Positions 1 to 9,014 are shown, numbered from the stretch's first letter. The stretch: 64,000 nt of DNA from an uncultured Staphylococcaceae bacterium (GCA_964654155.1 CAZZGL010000001.1:34426-98425), one strand, 5' to 3'. Translations and numbers: made by a program. The notes: generated from the letters alone by a model not told the origin.

Positions 1-1242
1 GAAAATCAATTAGATGAAACAAGAACGAAAGTAATATTTAGACAAAAAAGTATTGATAGAGTTGAAATATGGGCTCCAGAAGTGTTTTTCTTTAAAGGCT
101 ATTGGTATTGTTATTTTACTGCAGCACAAGATTTATCTGTTGAAATAAACAAAGATACAAGTAGAAGAACTTATGGAATGAAAAGTAAGACTTCAGATAT
201 CTTTGGAGAATGGGAAACGGCTGTAGAAATAATGCTTCCAGATGATTATCGTTCTATAGATGCAACATTTTTTGAATATAAAAACAAGCAATATATAGTT
301 TATGCAGGATGGCCTAATGCATATAATGTTAATTATCGACAACATTTATATATTCAAGAATTAGAACAAGATAATCCACTTAAAGTTGCCGCTAGTGAAA
401 CTGAAAGACACTGCATTAGTGAACCAACAAATATTTGGGAAATTGATGGGGGTACTGCCCAAAATGAAGGACCTGCTGTGACATTTGCTCCAGATGGCAC
501 ACCAATTTTATTCTATAGTGGCAGCTATTCAGGTGGAGATAATTATTGTATTGCATATTTGAAATTAGAGGGAGATAACATATTAGATGGTGATTCTTGG
601 GTAAAATCATCAACACCTTTAATGAAAACAGATATGAGCTATAGTGAAATTATTGCCCCAGGACATAATAGTATTATTAAATCCCCAGATGGAACTGAAG
701 ATTGGATCTGTTATCATTCAGCTAAAAAGAGCGGCTCTGGTTGGGATAGACAAGTTAGGTTACAAAAATTAGACTGGAACGGAAATACGCCTGTAGTTGA
801 AAAAATATCTAAAGCAAGTGATGAAGTAGCTTTACCAAGCGGCGATAAAGTTACTAGATTTAAATTTGAAGCAGAGAAAGCAACATTAACTGAGGATTGC
901 TATATTATTTCACAAGAGGGATTTGCTAGTGATGATAAAGCTGTATCTATTTCAGGTAATGGTAGTATTTCTTATGAAGTTATGGTTCCAAAAAATGGTG
1001 GATACGCGGTAGGTGTTAGATTTGCTAATAGAGATAGCGATGAAACAAAGATTGCTATAACTATTAATAATCAAGAATATGAAGTATATGCACCAAATAC
1101 TCAATATGATGATACATATTTTATAAGTTGGGTTTTTACTGATTTATATATTAAATCGGAAGGACAAAATACGATTAACATTCAATGTAATTCATCAATT
1201 TACATAGATTGTATTATTTTAGATTATTTAGATAATATTTAG
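1..1242 (+). CDS. Glycoside hydrolase family 43 (arabinofuranosidase/xylosidase type) with C-terminal CBM6/35-like module; 5' end lies outside the window
   Basis: Frame 1 is open from base 1 (ENQLDETRTK...VEIWAPEVFFFKGYWYCYF), so the GTG at 82 in the ORF track is not the true start. GH43-type motifs are WAPE, IDATFFEY and NEGPAVTF. The C-terminal FEAEKATL...GGYAVGVRFAN looks like a CBM6/35 sugar-binding module. Confidence 0.8.
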   Translation, partial: ENQLDETRTKVIFRQKSIDRVEIWAPEVFFFKGYWYCYFTAAQDLSVEINKDTSRRTYGMKSKTSDIFGEWETAVEIMLPDDYRSIDATFFEYKNKQYIVYAGWPNAYNVNYRQHLYIQELEQDNPLKVAASETERHCISEPTNIWEIDGGTAQNEGPAVTFAPDGTPILFYSGSYSGGDNYCIAYLKLEGDNILDGDSWVKSSTPLMKTDMSYSEIIAPGHNSIIKSPDGTEDWICYHSAKKSGSGWDRQVRLQKLDWNGNTPVVEKISKASDEVALPSGDKVTRFKFEAEKATLTEDCYIISQEGFASDDKAVSISGNGSISYEVMVPKNGGYAVGVRFANRDSDETKIAITINNQEYEVYAPNTQYDDTYFISWVFTDLYIKSEGQNTINIQCNSSIYIDCIILDYLDNI

Positions 1243-1250
1243 GAGGAAAA

Positions 1251-3488
1251 ATGAATAATATGAAAAAAATAAAATATGCAAGTATATGTCTCTTACTTAG
1301 TACGATGGTATTATTACCTTCATGTAATAAGCCAAATAATAAAGTTGAAAATTATTATGTAATTAATGTTAGTTCAATTAGAACAGAAATGTTAGTTAAT
1401 ACAACTACTAAATTAGAACCAGAATTTACTAATTTAGGGGAAGTCTCAAATCCTAATTATTCGGTTGAGATTAAACTTAATGATAAAGATATTACTACAA
1501 CTGTTTACAATTCTTCAACAAAAGAATTTTCACCAACTACAATAGGTAGTTATGTTATAACTTTTAAAGTTTTAAATGATGATAATAGCGTATATGTTAC
1601 AAGTGAAGGTAAAAGCTTTATTCAAACAATTACAATTGAAGTTGTCCGTCAAAGTTTTGCCCCAAGAAATAATGCTGGTTCAGATGTTAGTATAAGTGAT
1701 GATGGTATTATCACATTTGGTTCATCATATAGCCAAGGTTCAAGTACAAAACTTACTTCTAATCAATATAAAGTAACTGGAGTTACCTTCGAAGGTAGTT
1801 ATTCAATTACTTATGATTTAAAGAATATTAAATATGATTCAGTGTATAGTGATCCTGCTTTATATTTTGGTTGGGTTCGAAACAGAAATGAAAATAATGA
1901 TGACTCAATTAAATTATCAAGCGGAAATGGAACAATGGCAGCATGGATTTGGTCTGATAGTGGTTCATTAGCGGATTTATCAGTTAATAGAAATCAAGGT
2001 TGGGCACCTGGTGGTTGGTATAATGCTCCAGGTAGCATTACTAACGGATCACCTTTAGCAGGTGATCATACAATTACTTTTGAACGCTATGTTAATGCAG
2101 AAAAAAATACCGCAGTTTATGGAATTATTTTTGATGGAGTTCCATATACATATTTAAATGTCGGTTCAAATTATACTGATGTTTTAACTAATGTTTGGGT
2201 TGAAACTAATAATACAAGTGGTTCAATCGGAGTTAAAGAATATAAATCAATTTCAGATACTCAAGCACCAACTATTAGCATGGATTTTGGAGATAGTAAT
2301 TTTGTCGTTGGTGATACGATTAATTTTAAGAGTAGAACAACTGTTAGTGATGATTCTGCTTATTCAAGTATTTTAACACCAACATATCAAGTATTTGACG
2401 CTAATAATGAGGAACAAGTAGTGGATAATGGAACATTTACACCTGCTGAAAGCGGAACATATACGGTAGTAGCAAGTGTTAATGATTTAGGAATGAATAA
2501 AGCTAGTACTAAAACAACTTTCACAGTTAGTGAAGCAGATATAAGTGGAACTGTTATTGATGTTACAGAAACTTCTTCTGTTGCAATGCCTAATAGTGGA
2601 ATTATCCTATACTATAGCGCTATAAAAGGTGAAACAGAAGTCGATATTAAATCAATCAAAGCATTTAAAGATAATAAAGATGTTACAGAATCGACATTAT
2701 TTACTTATACATCAAAAGATAGAAAAATGTCTTATCAATATTTTAAAGCTCCAGCAGGAAATTATAAATTGGTATTCGAAGCTGAAGACGGTACAACAAA
2801 AGAAAAAGAAATTAGTGTAAGTGAGACAAATACAACAGTTTATGGTTATACATATTATGATATCGGCACTCTTATTTATGAAGATAAGTTTATTGTCGGA
2901 AAAGATACTATTATTTATACAAATAACAATAGTAGTGATAAACAAACTGTTAAATTAGGAAAAGGATTTAATGATATATATAACTGGACAATTGAGTTTG
3001 ATGTAACTGACTTATCATATTCTGCACAAGGTAAATTCTTCATTACAAAGAATACTTTAAATTCTGAGGGTAATAGTATTGGTTGGGAAGATTTGACTAT
3101 TGGTGGACAATGTAAAGCTGATGGTTCATTAGATTTCTGGGGATATGAGTGCTCTGTTTTAGGATCTGGTTGGGTTTCTTATCAATGGAGAAGTAATTGG
3201 CAAGCACCAGTAACAACAGAATTTATGCCTGATCCAAATGATAATACTAAGGGTTGTGGAAGACCAGCTGATGCATATTCTCAATATGGTGATGGTACAC
3301 ATTCTTATAAAATAGTGTGTTCAATGGATGAATCAACTAATGTTGTTACATATAAGTACTACATTGATAATGAACTAGAAGTTATTCATGTTACAGCAGC
3401 GGATCATAATGATGGAAATGGTATCGATTTTATTCAATTCTCTGGTCAATATTTTAACGGTATTGTTTCGAATATTAAGTTTTATTAA
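1251..3488 (+). CDS. Large surface lipoprotein with Ig-like and beta-jelly-roll-like modules, function unknown (putative glycan binding)
   Basis: AGGAGG lies just upstream of the ATG. The signal peptide has lipobox LLPSC. There is an 8-nt gap after the GH43 gene. An Ig-like stretch reads QAPTISMDFGDSNFVVGDTINF...GTYTVVASVNDLGMNKAS. No catalytic motif was recognised. Confidence 0.75.
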   Translation: MNNMKKIKYASICLLLSTMVLLPSCNKPNNKVENYYVINVSSIRTEMLVNTTTKLEPEFTNLGEVSNPNYSVEIKLNDKDITTTVYNSSTKEFSPTTIGSYVITFKVLNDDNSVYVTSEGKSFIQTITIEVVRQSFAPRNNAGSDVSISDDGIITFGSSYSQGSSTKLTSNQYKVTGVTFEGSYSITYDLKNIKYDSVYSDPALYFGWVRNRNENNDDSIKLSSGNGTMAAWIWSDSGSLADLSVNRNQGWAPGGWYNAPGSITNGSPLAGDHTITFERYVNAEKNTAVYGIIFDGVPYTYLNVGSNYTDVLTNVWVETNNTSGSIGVKEYKSISDTQAPTISMDFGDSNFVVGDTINFKSRTTVSDDSAYSSILTPTYQVFDANNEEQVVDNGTFTPAESGTYTVVASVNDLGMNKASTKTTFTVSEADISGTVIDVTETSSVAMPNSGIILYYSAIKGETEVDIKSIKAFKDNKDVTESTLFTYTSKDRKMSYQYFKAPAGNYKLVFEAEDGTTKEKEISVSETNTTVYGYTYYDIGTLIYEDKFIVGKDTIIYTNNNSSDKQTVKLGKGFNDIYNWTIEFDVTDLSYSAQGKFFITKNTLNSEGNSIGWEDLTIGGQCKADGSLDFWGYECSVLGSGWVSYQWRSNWQAPVTTEFMPDPNDNTKGCGRPADAYSQYGDGTHSYKIVCSMDESTNVVTYKYYIDNELEVIHVTAADHNDGNGIDFIQFSGQYFNGIVSNIKFY

Positions 3489-3508
3489 TTGATAAAAATT
3501 TTTATGTC

Positions 3509-3523
3509 ATAAAAGCGCTTTCT
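3509..3523 (+). promoter_or_regulatory. Weak cre-like (CcpA) site
   Basis: ATAAAAGCGCTTTCT matches the cre consensus WTGNAANCGNWNNCW at all but one constrained position (G to A). It lies between the lipoprotein gene and the SBP gene. Confidence 0.3.
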
Positions 3524-3668
3524 TTAAGTGCATAAAAATAATTGATTTTTCTTGAATGGAGATAGTTTATAGGAGTCCTGTCAAGAAAAAGAGCATATTT
3601 ATGTTTAGAAATATTATTTCTTCTGGTAATGTGCAAAAATTCTTATAAATTAAGAAAAATATCCTAAT

Positions 3669-3692
3669 TTATATTTGTAAAATATGAATTAA
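3669..3692 (+). promoter_or_regulatory. Conserved promoter-proximal motif TTATATTTGTAAAAT shared with the second SBP gene
   Basis: The identical 15-mer TTATATTTGTAAAAT occurs at 3669-3683 and at 62061-62075, each followed by AATTAA after a 1-nt indel. Both copies lie 30-60 nt upstream of an ABC solute-binding-protein start codon. Confidence 0.35.
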
Positions 3693-3729
3693 TGGACTCC
3701 TAATTTTAATTTTACAAGGAGGATATCTT

Positions 3730-5319
3730 ATGCGTAAAAATAAAATAAAATTGATTGGTAGTTTCCTTTTATTTGTATTAGCTAGTTGTGGTGGTAGTAC
3801 AACTAATACCGAAGGAAGAACTACGGTTACGTTATGGGGCTGGGGTGACCAAGCAGAGATTCAAGTTTTTAGTGATTTACTCCAAGAGTACAATAATAAT
3901 AATCAAGATGGAATTTATGTTAATTTCGTTAAAAAACCATCTTCAAGTTATTACTCATCTTTAGAAACGAATTTAACTGGAAGACAAGCTCCAGATTTAT
4001 TTTATGTTGGCGATTCAATGGTAAAAAGATACGCAAATGCGGACTATCTAGAGGATTTAACGCCATATATTAATAAAAGTTCAAAAATTGATACTAATGA
4101 TATATGGCCATCGTTAATGGAAAGATTTCAATTTGATGCAAATACTTACCAACATGATGATCAAGCTGAAATTTGGGGATTACCTAAAGATAATGGCTCA
4201 ACAGTGATTTTTTATAATCAAGATGCTTTTGAAGCACAAGGAATAAAAATAATTAGCGCTAAAGACGATGATGGCGATGGATATGTAACCGTTAATGGTG
4301 AAAATTATAAAGCAGTAGGTTATGATTCTACAAATAAAGTTTTTAACAATAAAATTGCGATGACTTTTGAGGAGTTAGAAGAAATATCAACCTTGCTAGT
4401 ACATAACACCGCTCTTGCGAGCAAACATCAAACTAAATGGAGCTTTTATTCAAGTTGGTGGTTCTTTGCTGGCTGGTCTGTTGGCGGAGATTGTATTCAA
4501 TTTAAAGAAACAGATGACCCAACATATAATGGTGGATATTGGGAATTTACTTTAGATGATAAAAATCCAAATTATAGAGTTTTAAAAGATGTAACAATTA
4601 ATAATCATCATTATTCTAAAAATTCTTTTATTGACTATTATGATTTAGAATATATGGTTACATATGATAAAAAGGATGAATTAATTAGCAATGGAACTTT
4701 GGTTGAATTACCTTCAATTTTTGAAATGTTTGAATATTGGATTAATATGTTTTACGAAGGAATATCACCAAAGCCAGAAGATATTAGTAATTCATTAGCT
4801 TTATTTACGAATCAAGAAGTTGCAATGTATGTAACTGGTCGTTATGATGTTGTTGAATTTAGAAAAAATGCTAATTTTAATTGGGATTGTGCGCCACTTC
4901 CAAGGTATAAAGATGGTGTTTCTGCAGGTCATAGCGGTTCAATGTGCCTGTCTATGTCTAAAAAATCACAAAATAAAGAAAATGCTTTTAAAATAATGGA
5001 ATATTTATGTGGTGTAGAAGGACAAGATGCTTTAGCAGAGACTGGTTTTAATGTTCCTTCACAAATGAGCTTAGCATATGATAAAGAAAAAAACTTCTTG
5101 GCTAGTAATTTAAGACCATATAATAATGAAGTGTTTTTAGATGCCGCAAAAGTTCAAAAGGGTGGAGACTGGACATATTTAAAAGATGATGCCTGGATTA
5201 ATATATGGGCACCAACATTAAATGGAGATGTTTTAAACGGCGTTCAAACAACATCACAATTGTTTAGTAAATATAAAACAAGAGTTAATGAAGCTTTGAA
5301 AAAATATACAGAAAGATAG
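3730..5319 (+). CDS. ABC transporter extracellular solute-binding lipoprotein (carbohydrate, family 1)
   Basis: AAGGAGG RBS; lipobox LASCGG. The ORF is of SBP type and is followed by two MalF/MalG-type permeases and an ATPase. Confidence 0.85.
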   Translation: MRKNKIKLIGSFLLFVLASCGGSTTNTEGRTTVTLWGWGDQAEIQVFSDLLQEYNNNNQDGIYVNFVKKPSSSYYSSLETNLTGRQAPDLFYVGDSMVKRYANADYLEDLTPYINKSSKIDTNDIWPSLMERFQFDANTYQHDDQAEIWGLPKDNGSTVIFYNQDAFEAQGIKIISAKDDDGDGYVTVNGENYKAVGYDSTNKVFNNKIAMTFEELEEISTLLVHNTALASKHQTKWSFYSSWWFFAGWSVGGDCIQFKETDDPTYNGGYWEFTLDDKNPNYRVLKDVTINNHHYSKNSFIDYYDLEYMVTYDKKDELISNGTLVELPSIFEMFEYWINMFYEGISPKPEDISNSLALFTNQEVAMYVTGRYDVVEFRKNANFNWDCAPLPRYKDGVSAGHSGSMCLSMSKKSQNKENAFKIMEYLCGVEGQDALAETGFNVPSQMSLAYDKEKNFLASNLRPYNNEVFLDAAKVQKGGDWTYLKDDAWINIWAPTLNGDVLNGVQTTSQLFSKYKTRVNEALKKYTER

Positions 5320-5325
5320 AATTAT

Positions 5326-6297
5326 ATGGAATTGTTGAATAAAAATAGTAAAAAGCATAAGATAAAAACTCATGATCATAGTGAACAATTTTATGGTATG
5401 CTTTTTGCTGCCATCCCAATAGTGGGCTTTGTCTTATTTGGAATAATCCCATTAATTATTAGCTTAATAATGTCGTTTAATGATGTTCCATCTTTTAGTA
5501 TTCAGGAAATACATAAATTTACAACAGGTAGTATTTTTACTAATTATATTGAAATATTTAAAGATGAAAAATTTTATTTATCAATATTAAATACATTAAA
5601 AGCGATGATAGCTTTGCCTATTTCAATGATTATTGGTTTAGTTTTAGCGGTTATTTTACAACAGCCTTTAAAAGGAAGTAAATTGTTTAGAACTATATTT
5701 TTTATACCTTATGTTTGTTCAATTGTTGCCGTAACATTGATGTGGCGTACAATGTTAGACAAGAATTATGGAATTATAAATCAATTCTTAGGATTATTTA
5801 ACATTGAGCCGATTGCGTGGTTAACAAATCCTGACTATTTTATGACTGCAATGATAATTATGATTACTTGGTGTAGTGTCGGATTTAATTTAATTTTATA
5901 TAGTGCGGCGCTAACTGGTATATCTCCATCTGTTTATGAAGCAGCGGAGATGGATGGTGCAGGAACATTTAGAAAATTCTTTAAGATAACATTACCTTTA
6001 TTATCTCCGACAACCTTTTATTTACTAATTATAGGCATGATTGGATCATTACAAGAATTTGCAAGATTTCAATCAATAAATGCTGTAAATAGTAATTTGA
6101 TATCTCCAACAGGTCCAAATGATAGTGGCTTAACAATTGTTTTCTATTTATATAACAAAGCCTTTGGAGAAGCGGGAGGATTAGGCAAAGCAGCTGCAGT
6201 GTCATGGGTATTGACTATTGTGACAATTGTTTTAACAGCAATTAATTTTATAGGTTCAAAGAAGTGGGTGTATTCAAGTGACAAGAAATCTAACTAA
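5326..6297 (+). CDS. Sugar ABC transporter permease (MalF/UgpA type)
   Basis: Multi-TM protein with an EAA-loop-like YEAAEMDGAGTFRKFFKITLP; second gene of the ABC operon. Confidence 0.85.
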   Translation: MELLNKNSKKHKIKTHDHSEQFYGMLFAAIPIVGFVLFGIIPLIISLIMSFNDVPSFSIQEIHKFTTGSIFTNYIEIFKDEKFYLSILNTLKAMIALPISMIIGLVLAVILQQPLKGSKLFRTIFFIPYVCSIVAVTLMWRTMLDKNYGIINQFLGLFNIEPIAWLTNPDYFMTAMIIMITWCSVGFNLILYSAALTGISPSVYEAAEMDGAGTFRKFFKITLPLLSPTTFYLLIIGMIGSLQEFARFQSINAVNSNLISPTGPNDSGLTIVFYLYNKAFGEAGGLGKAAAVSWVLTIVTIVLTAINFIGSKKWVYSSDKKSN

Positions 6298-7144
6298 AAA
6301 AGTAATTAGTTATATAATTTTGATTATATTTACTTTAATATATTTAATTCCTTTTTATATTGTTTTTATAACATCAATTAAAGCAAACAATCAAATTGCA
6401 ACACAGAATCCTTTTATTTGGTTTCCAAGTGCTGAACAATTAGGATTTCAAGGATATAAAGATATTTTTGAAACATATACAATATTTGAAACTGGGGAAA
6501 GTATGATTTTAGTAGGCTTAAAAAATACAATTATCATTATGATTCCAGTTATTATTGGAGGTATGTTTTCTTCATCAATTGCGGCGTATGCATATGCTAA
6601 ATTAAAATTTAAAGGTAAAAAAATAATGTTTGGAATATTGATGTTTTCGATGATGCTACCTTCAATTATTTTGTTGATTCCTTCATATTTTATGTACGAT
6701 AATTTAGGTATTACGGAAAGCTTTCCATTTTTCCCTTTAATTATTCCTCCAATGTTTGGAAGTGCAACATGTGTTTTCTTTTTAAAAGGGTATTATGAAT
6801 CAATACCAAACGATTTGCTAGATAGCGCTAAAATGGATGGATTAAGCTATGGAAAAACTTTTTTTAAAGTTATCCTTCCGCTTGCAAAACCGGCAATTTT
6901 TGCGCAAGCGTTATTGGGAATAGTTGCGTGCTATAATGACTATCTTTTACCATTAACATATTTGGTTAATGAAAAAGATTATACTTTACAAATTGCATTA
7001 CAAATGTTCTCTACTGGAAATAACAATAATTTGCCAACGGTAATGGCAGGAGCGGTAATATCGATTTTACCAATCTTAATTTTATATTTCTGTTTGCAAA
7101 AATATTTTATCAGCGGTTTAACTACATCTGGAATTAAGGGGTAA
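6278..7144 (+). CDS. Sugar ABC transporter permease (MalG/UgpE type)
   Basis: GTG start overlaps the upstream gene by 20 nt. Multi-TM protein with EAA loop LDSAKMDGLSYGKTFFKVILP. Confidence 0.85.
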   Translation: MTRNLTKKVISYIILIIFTLIYLIPFYIVFITSIKANNQIATQNPFIWFPSAEQLGFQGYKDIFETYTIFETGESMILVGLKNTIIIMIPVIIGGMFSSSIAAYAYAKLKFKGKKIMFGILMFSMMLPSIILLIPSYFMYDNLGITESFPFFPLIIPPMFGSATCVFFLKGYYESIPNDLLDSAKMDGLSYGKTFFKVILPLAKPAIFAQALLGIVACYNDYLLPLTYLVNEKDYTLQIALQMFSTGNNNNLPTVMAGAVISILPILILYFCLQKYFISGLTTSGIKG

Positions 7145-7150
7145 AATAAA

Positions 7151-8605
7151 ATGAAAAATACAAAAAAAGAAACAAAATTAATTAACAAGCAAATAAAAAG
7201 AGAAAAAATTCGTATACATAATCAAATGGTTAAAAGACAAAAAGAAAGTCTTTCTTTAGAAAAAATTGCTCCTTCTGATTCATTTATTTCTTTACAACAT
7301 ATTAATAAAATATATGATAATCATATTCAAGCGGTTTATGATTTTAATCTTGAAATAAAAGAAAAGGAATTTATTGTTTTTGTAGGACCATCTGGATGTG
7401 GAAAATCAACAACTTTGCGAATGATTGCAGGATTAGAAAATATTACTTATGGTGATTTGTATATTGATGGAGTTTATTCTAACGCTGTTCAAGCAAAAAA
7501 TAGAAATATTGCGATGGTTTTTCAAAGTTATGCGTTATATCCTCATTTAAGTGTCTATGAAAATATGGCGTTTAGTTTAAAAATACAAAGATTACCAAAG
7601 GCAGAAATTGATAGCAGAATTAAAAAAACTGCAGAAATATTAGAACTTACGGATTATTTAGATCGTAAACCGAATGCTTTAAGTGGTGGTCAATGTCAAA
7701 GAGTGGCCTTAGGAAGAGCTATAGTAAGAGATAGTAAGATATTTTTAATGGATGAGCCTTTAAGTAATTTAGATGCGAAGCTTCGTGTTTCAATGCGTAG
7801 TGAAATTATTAAATTGCATAAAGATTTAAATGCTACGACAATATATGTTACACACGACCAAACTGAAGCAATGACTATGGCAACAAGAATCGTTGTTATG
7901 AATAAAGGTTACATTCAACAAATTGGTACTCCACAAGAAATTTATAATCAACCTGCGAATACATTTGTTGCTACTTTTATTGGTTCACCATCAATGAATT
8001 TAATAGATATAAAATGTTCCGATAAATTAATTTTTGATAATGGTTATAAGATTGATTTAACAATTGAGCAAAGAAACACTATTTTTGATTTTATAAAGAA
8101 TGGCTTAAATGATGCTAAATTAGAATTAGCTTCAATTGAAGAAAATAATACTGAAAAAATTGAGCTTTTAAGAAAAATTGAGACAATTAAAAGCTTATCT
8201 GAAATTAAAAATTCTTTACAAGAAATTAAAAAAATTGAATATGAAATCGAGATTCTTGACAAGGCAAATGAGAGGAGAACTGAATTATTAAATATCATTA
8301 ATCAATATGAAGAAATGATAGAAAAAAATGAGATAAAATTAATATTTGGTATTCGCCCTGATGAAATTTATGAAACATCAGAAATTAGTAAAAAAGTTGA
8401 GCCATCTCAATCATTTAAGATTACTGTAAATATTGCAGAACTTCTAGGAAATCAATATTATATTCATACGAAATTTAGTAATACAGATATCATTTTTATT
8501 ACACCTGCAGATAGAATTATTAACAATAATGATGAAATTGAAGTTATTGTTAATAAGAAAAAATATCATGTGTTTGATTCTGTTACAAAGAAGTTAATTT
8601 ATTAA
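7151..8605 (+). CDS. MsmK/MalK/UgpC-type sugar ABC ATPase with basic N-terminal tail and coiled-coil insertion
   Basis: Walker [10 protein letters not shown], signature LSGGQCQRV and Walker [10 protein letters not shown]. It is highly similar to the 355-aa paralogue at 55182-56249 but is 484 aa long. The extra length is a ~45-aa Lys/Arg-rich N-terminus and a Glu/Lys/Ile-rich segment of roughly 75-90 aa in the C-terminal regulatory domain. Confidence 0.9.
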   Translation: MKNTKKETKLINKQIKREKIRIHNQMVKRQKESLSLEKIAPSDSFISLQHINKIYDNHIQAVYDFNLEIKEKEFIVFVGPSGCGKSTTLRMIAGLENITYGDLYIDGVYSNAVQAKNRNIAMVFQSYALYPHLSVYENMAFSLKIQRLPKAEIDSRIKKTAEILELTDYLDRKPNALSGGQCQRVALGRAIVRDSKIFLMDEPLSNLDAKLRVSMRSEIIKLHKDLNATTIYVTHDQTEAMTMATRIVVMNKGYIQQIGTPQEIYNQPANTFVATFIGSPSMNLIDIKCSDKLIFDNGYKIDLTIEQRNTIFDFIKNGLNDAKLELASIEENNTEKIELLRKIETIKSLSEIKNSLQEIKKIEYEIEILDKANERRTELLNIINQYEEMIEKNEIKLIFGIRPDEIYETSEISKKVEPSQSFKITVNIAELLGNQYYIHTKFSNTDIIFITPADRIINNNDEIEVIVNKKKYHVFDSVTKKLIY

Positions 8606-8662
8606 TCATTTAAGACCGGTAATTGTGTACAAATAAAATAAAATTGAGTACAAGAATATAGC

Positions 8663-8713
8663 AAATAAGGAACAAATAAGGAACGAAAAATATTAACTTT
8701 TGTTCCTTATTTT
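8663..8713 (+). terminator. Hairpin after ABC operon 1 with a duplicated 5' arm
   Basis: AAATAAGGAAC occurs twice in tandem (8663-8673 and 8674-8684). Its complement GTTCCTTATTT occurs once (8702-8712), giving an 11-bp stem. The T-run is short, so terminator function is uncertain. Confidence 0.45.
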
Positions 8714-8910
8714 GCCATAAATATCTGGTTTTAGGAGACAACCTTATTTTGGTAGTGTTAAAACTGAAGATGTTTTTTATACTCGAAAATTTAAATTGAT
8801 ATGTGAAAAGTTTATAAATTATTTTTTTCTATTTGTTTTTTATTTAATTGAGCTTTAATTGAGCCTTTGTAACAAAGCCGTAACGGCTATGACAAAAATT
8901 AAGAAAAGTA

Positions 8911-8939
8911 TTGCAATATTAACTTGCAGCGCATATAAT
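8911..8939 (+). promoter_or_regulatory. Sigma-A type promoter of the rimP-nusA-infB operon
   Basis: TTGCAA (8911-8916), an exact 17-nt spacer, then TATAAT (8934-8939), about 95 nt upstream of rimP. Confidence 0.6.
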
Positions 8940-8948
8940 ATCTGTGTT

Positions 8949-9014
8949 AAATGACTTGGTCATTTGATGTCTATATGTTTTTAGCGAGTGAGGAAAAACC
9001 TCACTCTTTCTATT
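8949..9014 (+). promoter_or_regulatory. Structured leader of the rimP-nusA operon with a terminator-like hairpin (candidate attenuator)
   Basis: Hairpin 1 is AAATGAC-TTG-GTCATTT (8949-8965). Hairpin 2 is GAGTGAGG-AAAAA-CCTCACTC (8986-9006), followed by TTTCTATT. Both lie between the predicted -10 element and the rimP RBS. Confidence 0.4.

Noticed and set aside
82-1242. GTG at 82 as the start of the GH43 gene.
   Set aside because: The same frame is open back to base 1 and already encodes GH43-like sequence (…VEIWAPEV…). The gene is therefore truncated by the window edge.
8663-8684. The direct repeat AAATAAGGAAC x2 and the nearby TTAATTGAGC x2 (about 8848-8870) were considered as a possible CRISPR or iteron array.
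   Set aside because: There are only two adjacent copies each, with no spacers and no cas genes. They are better explained as a slipped terminator arm and a simple duplication.
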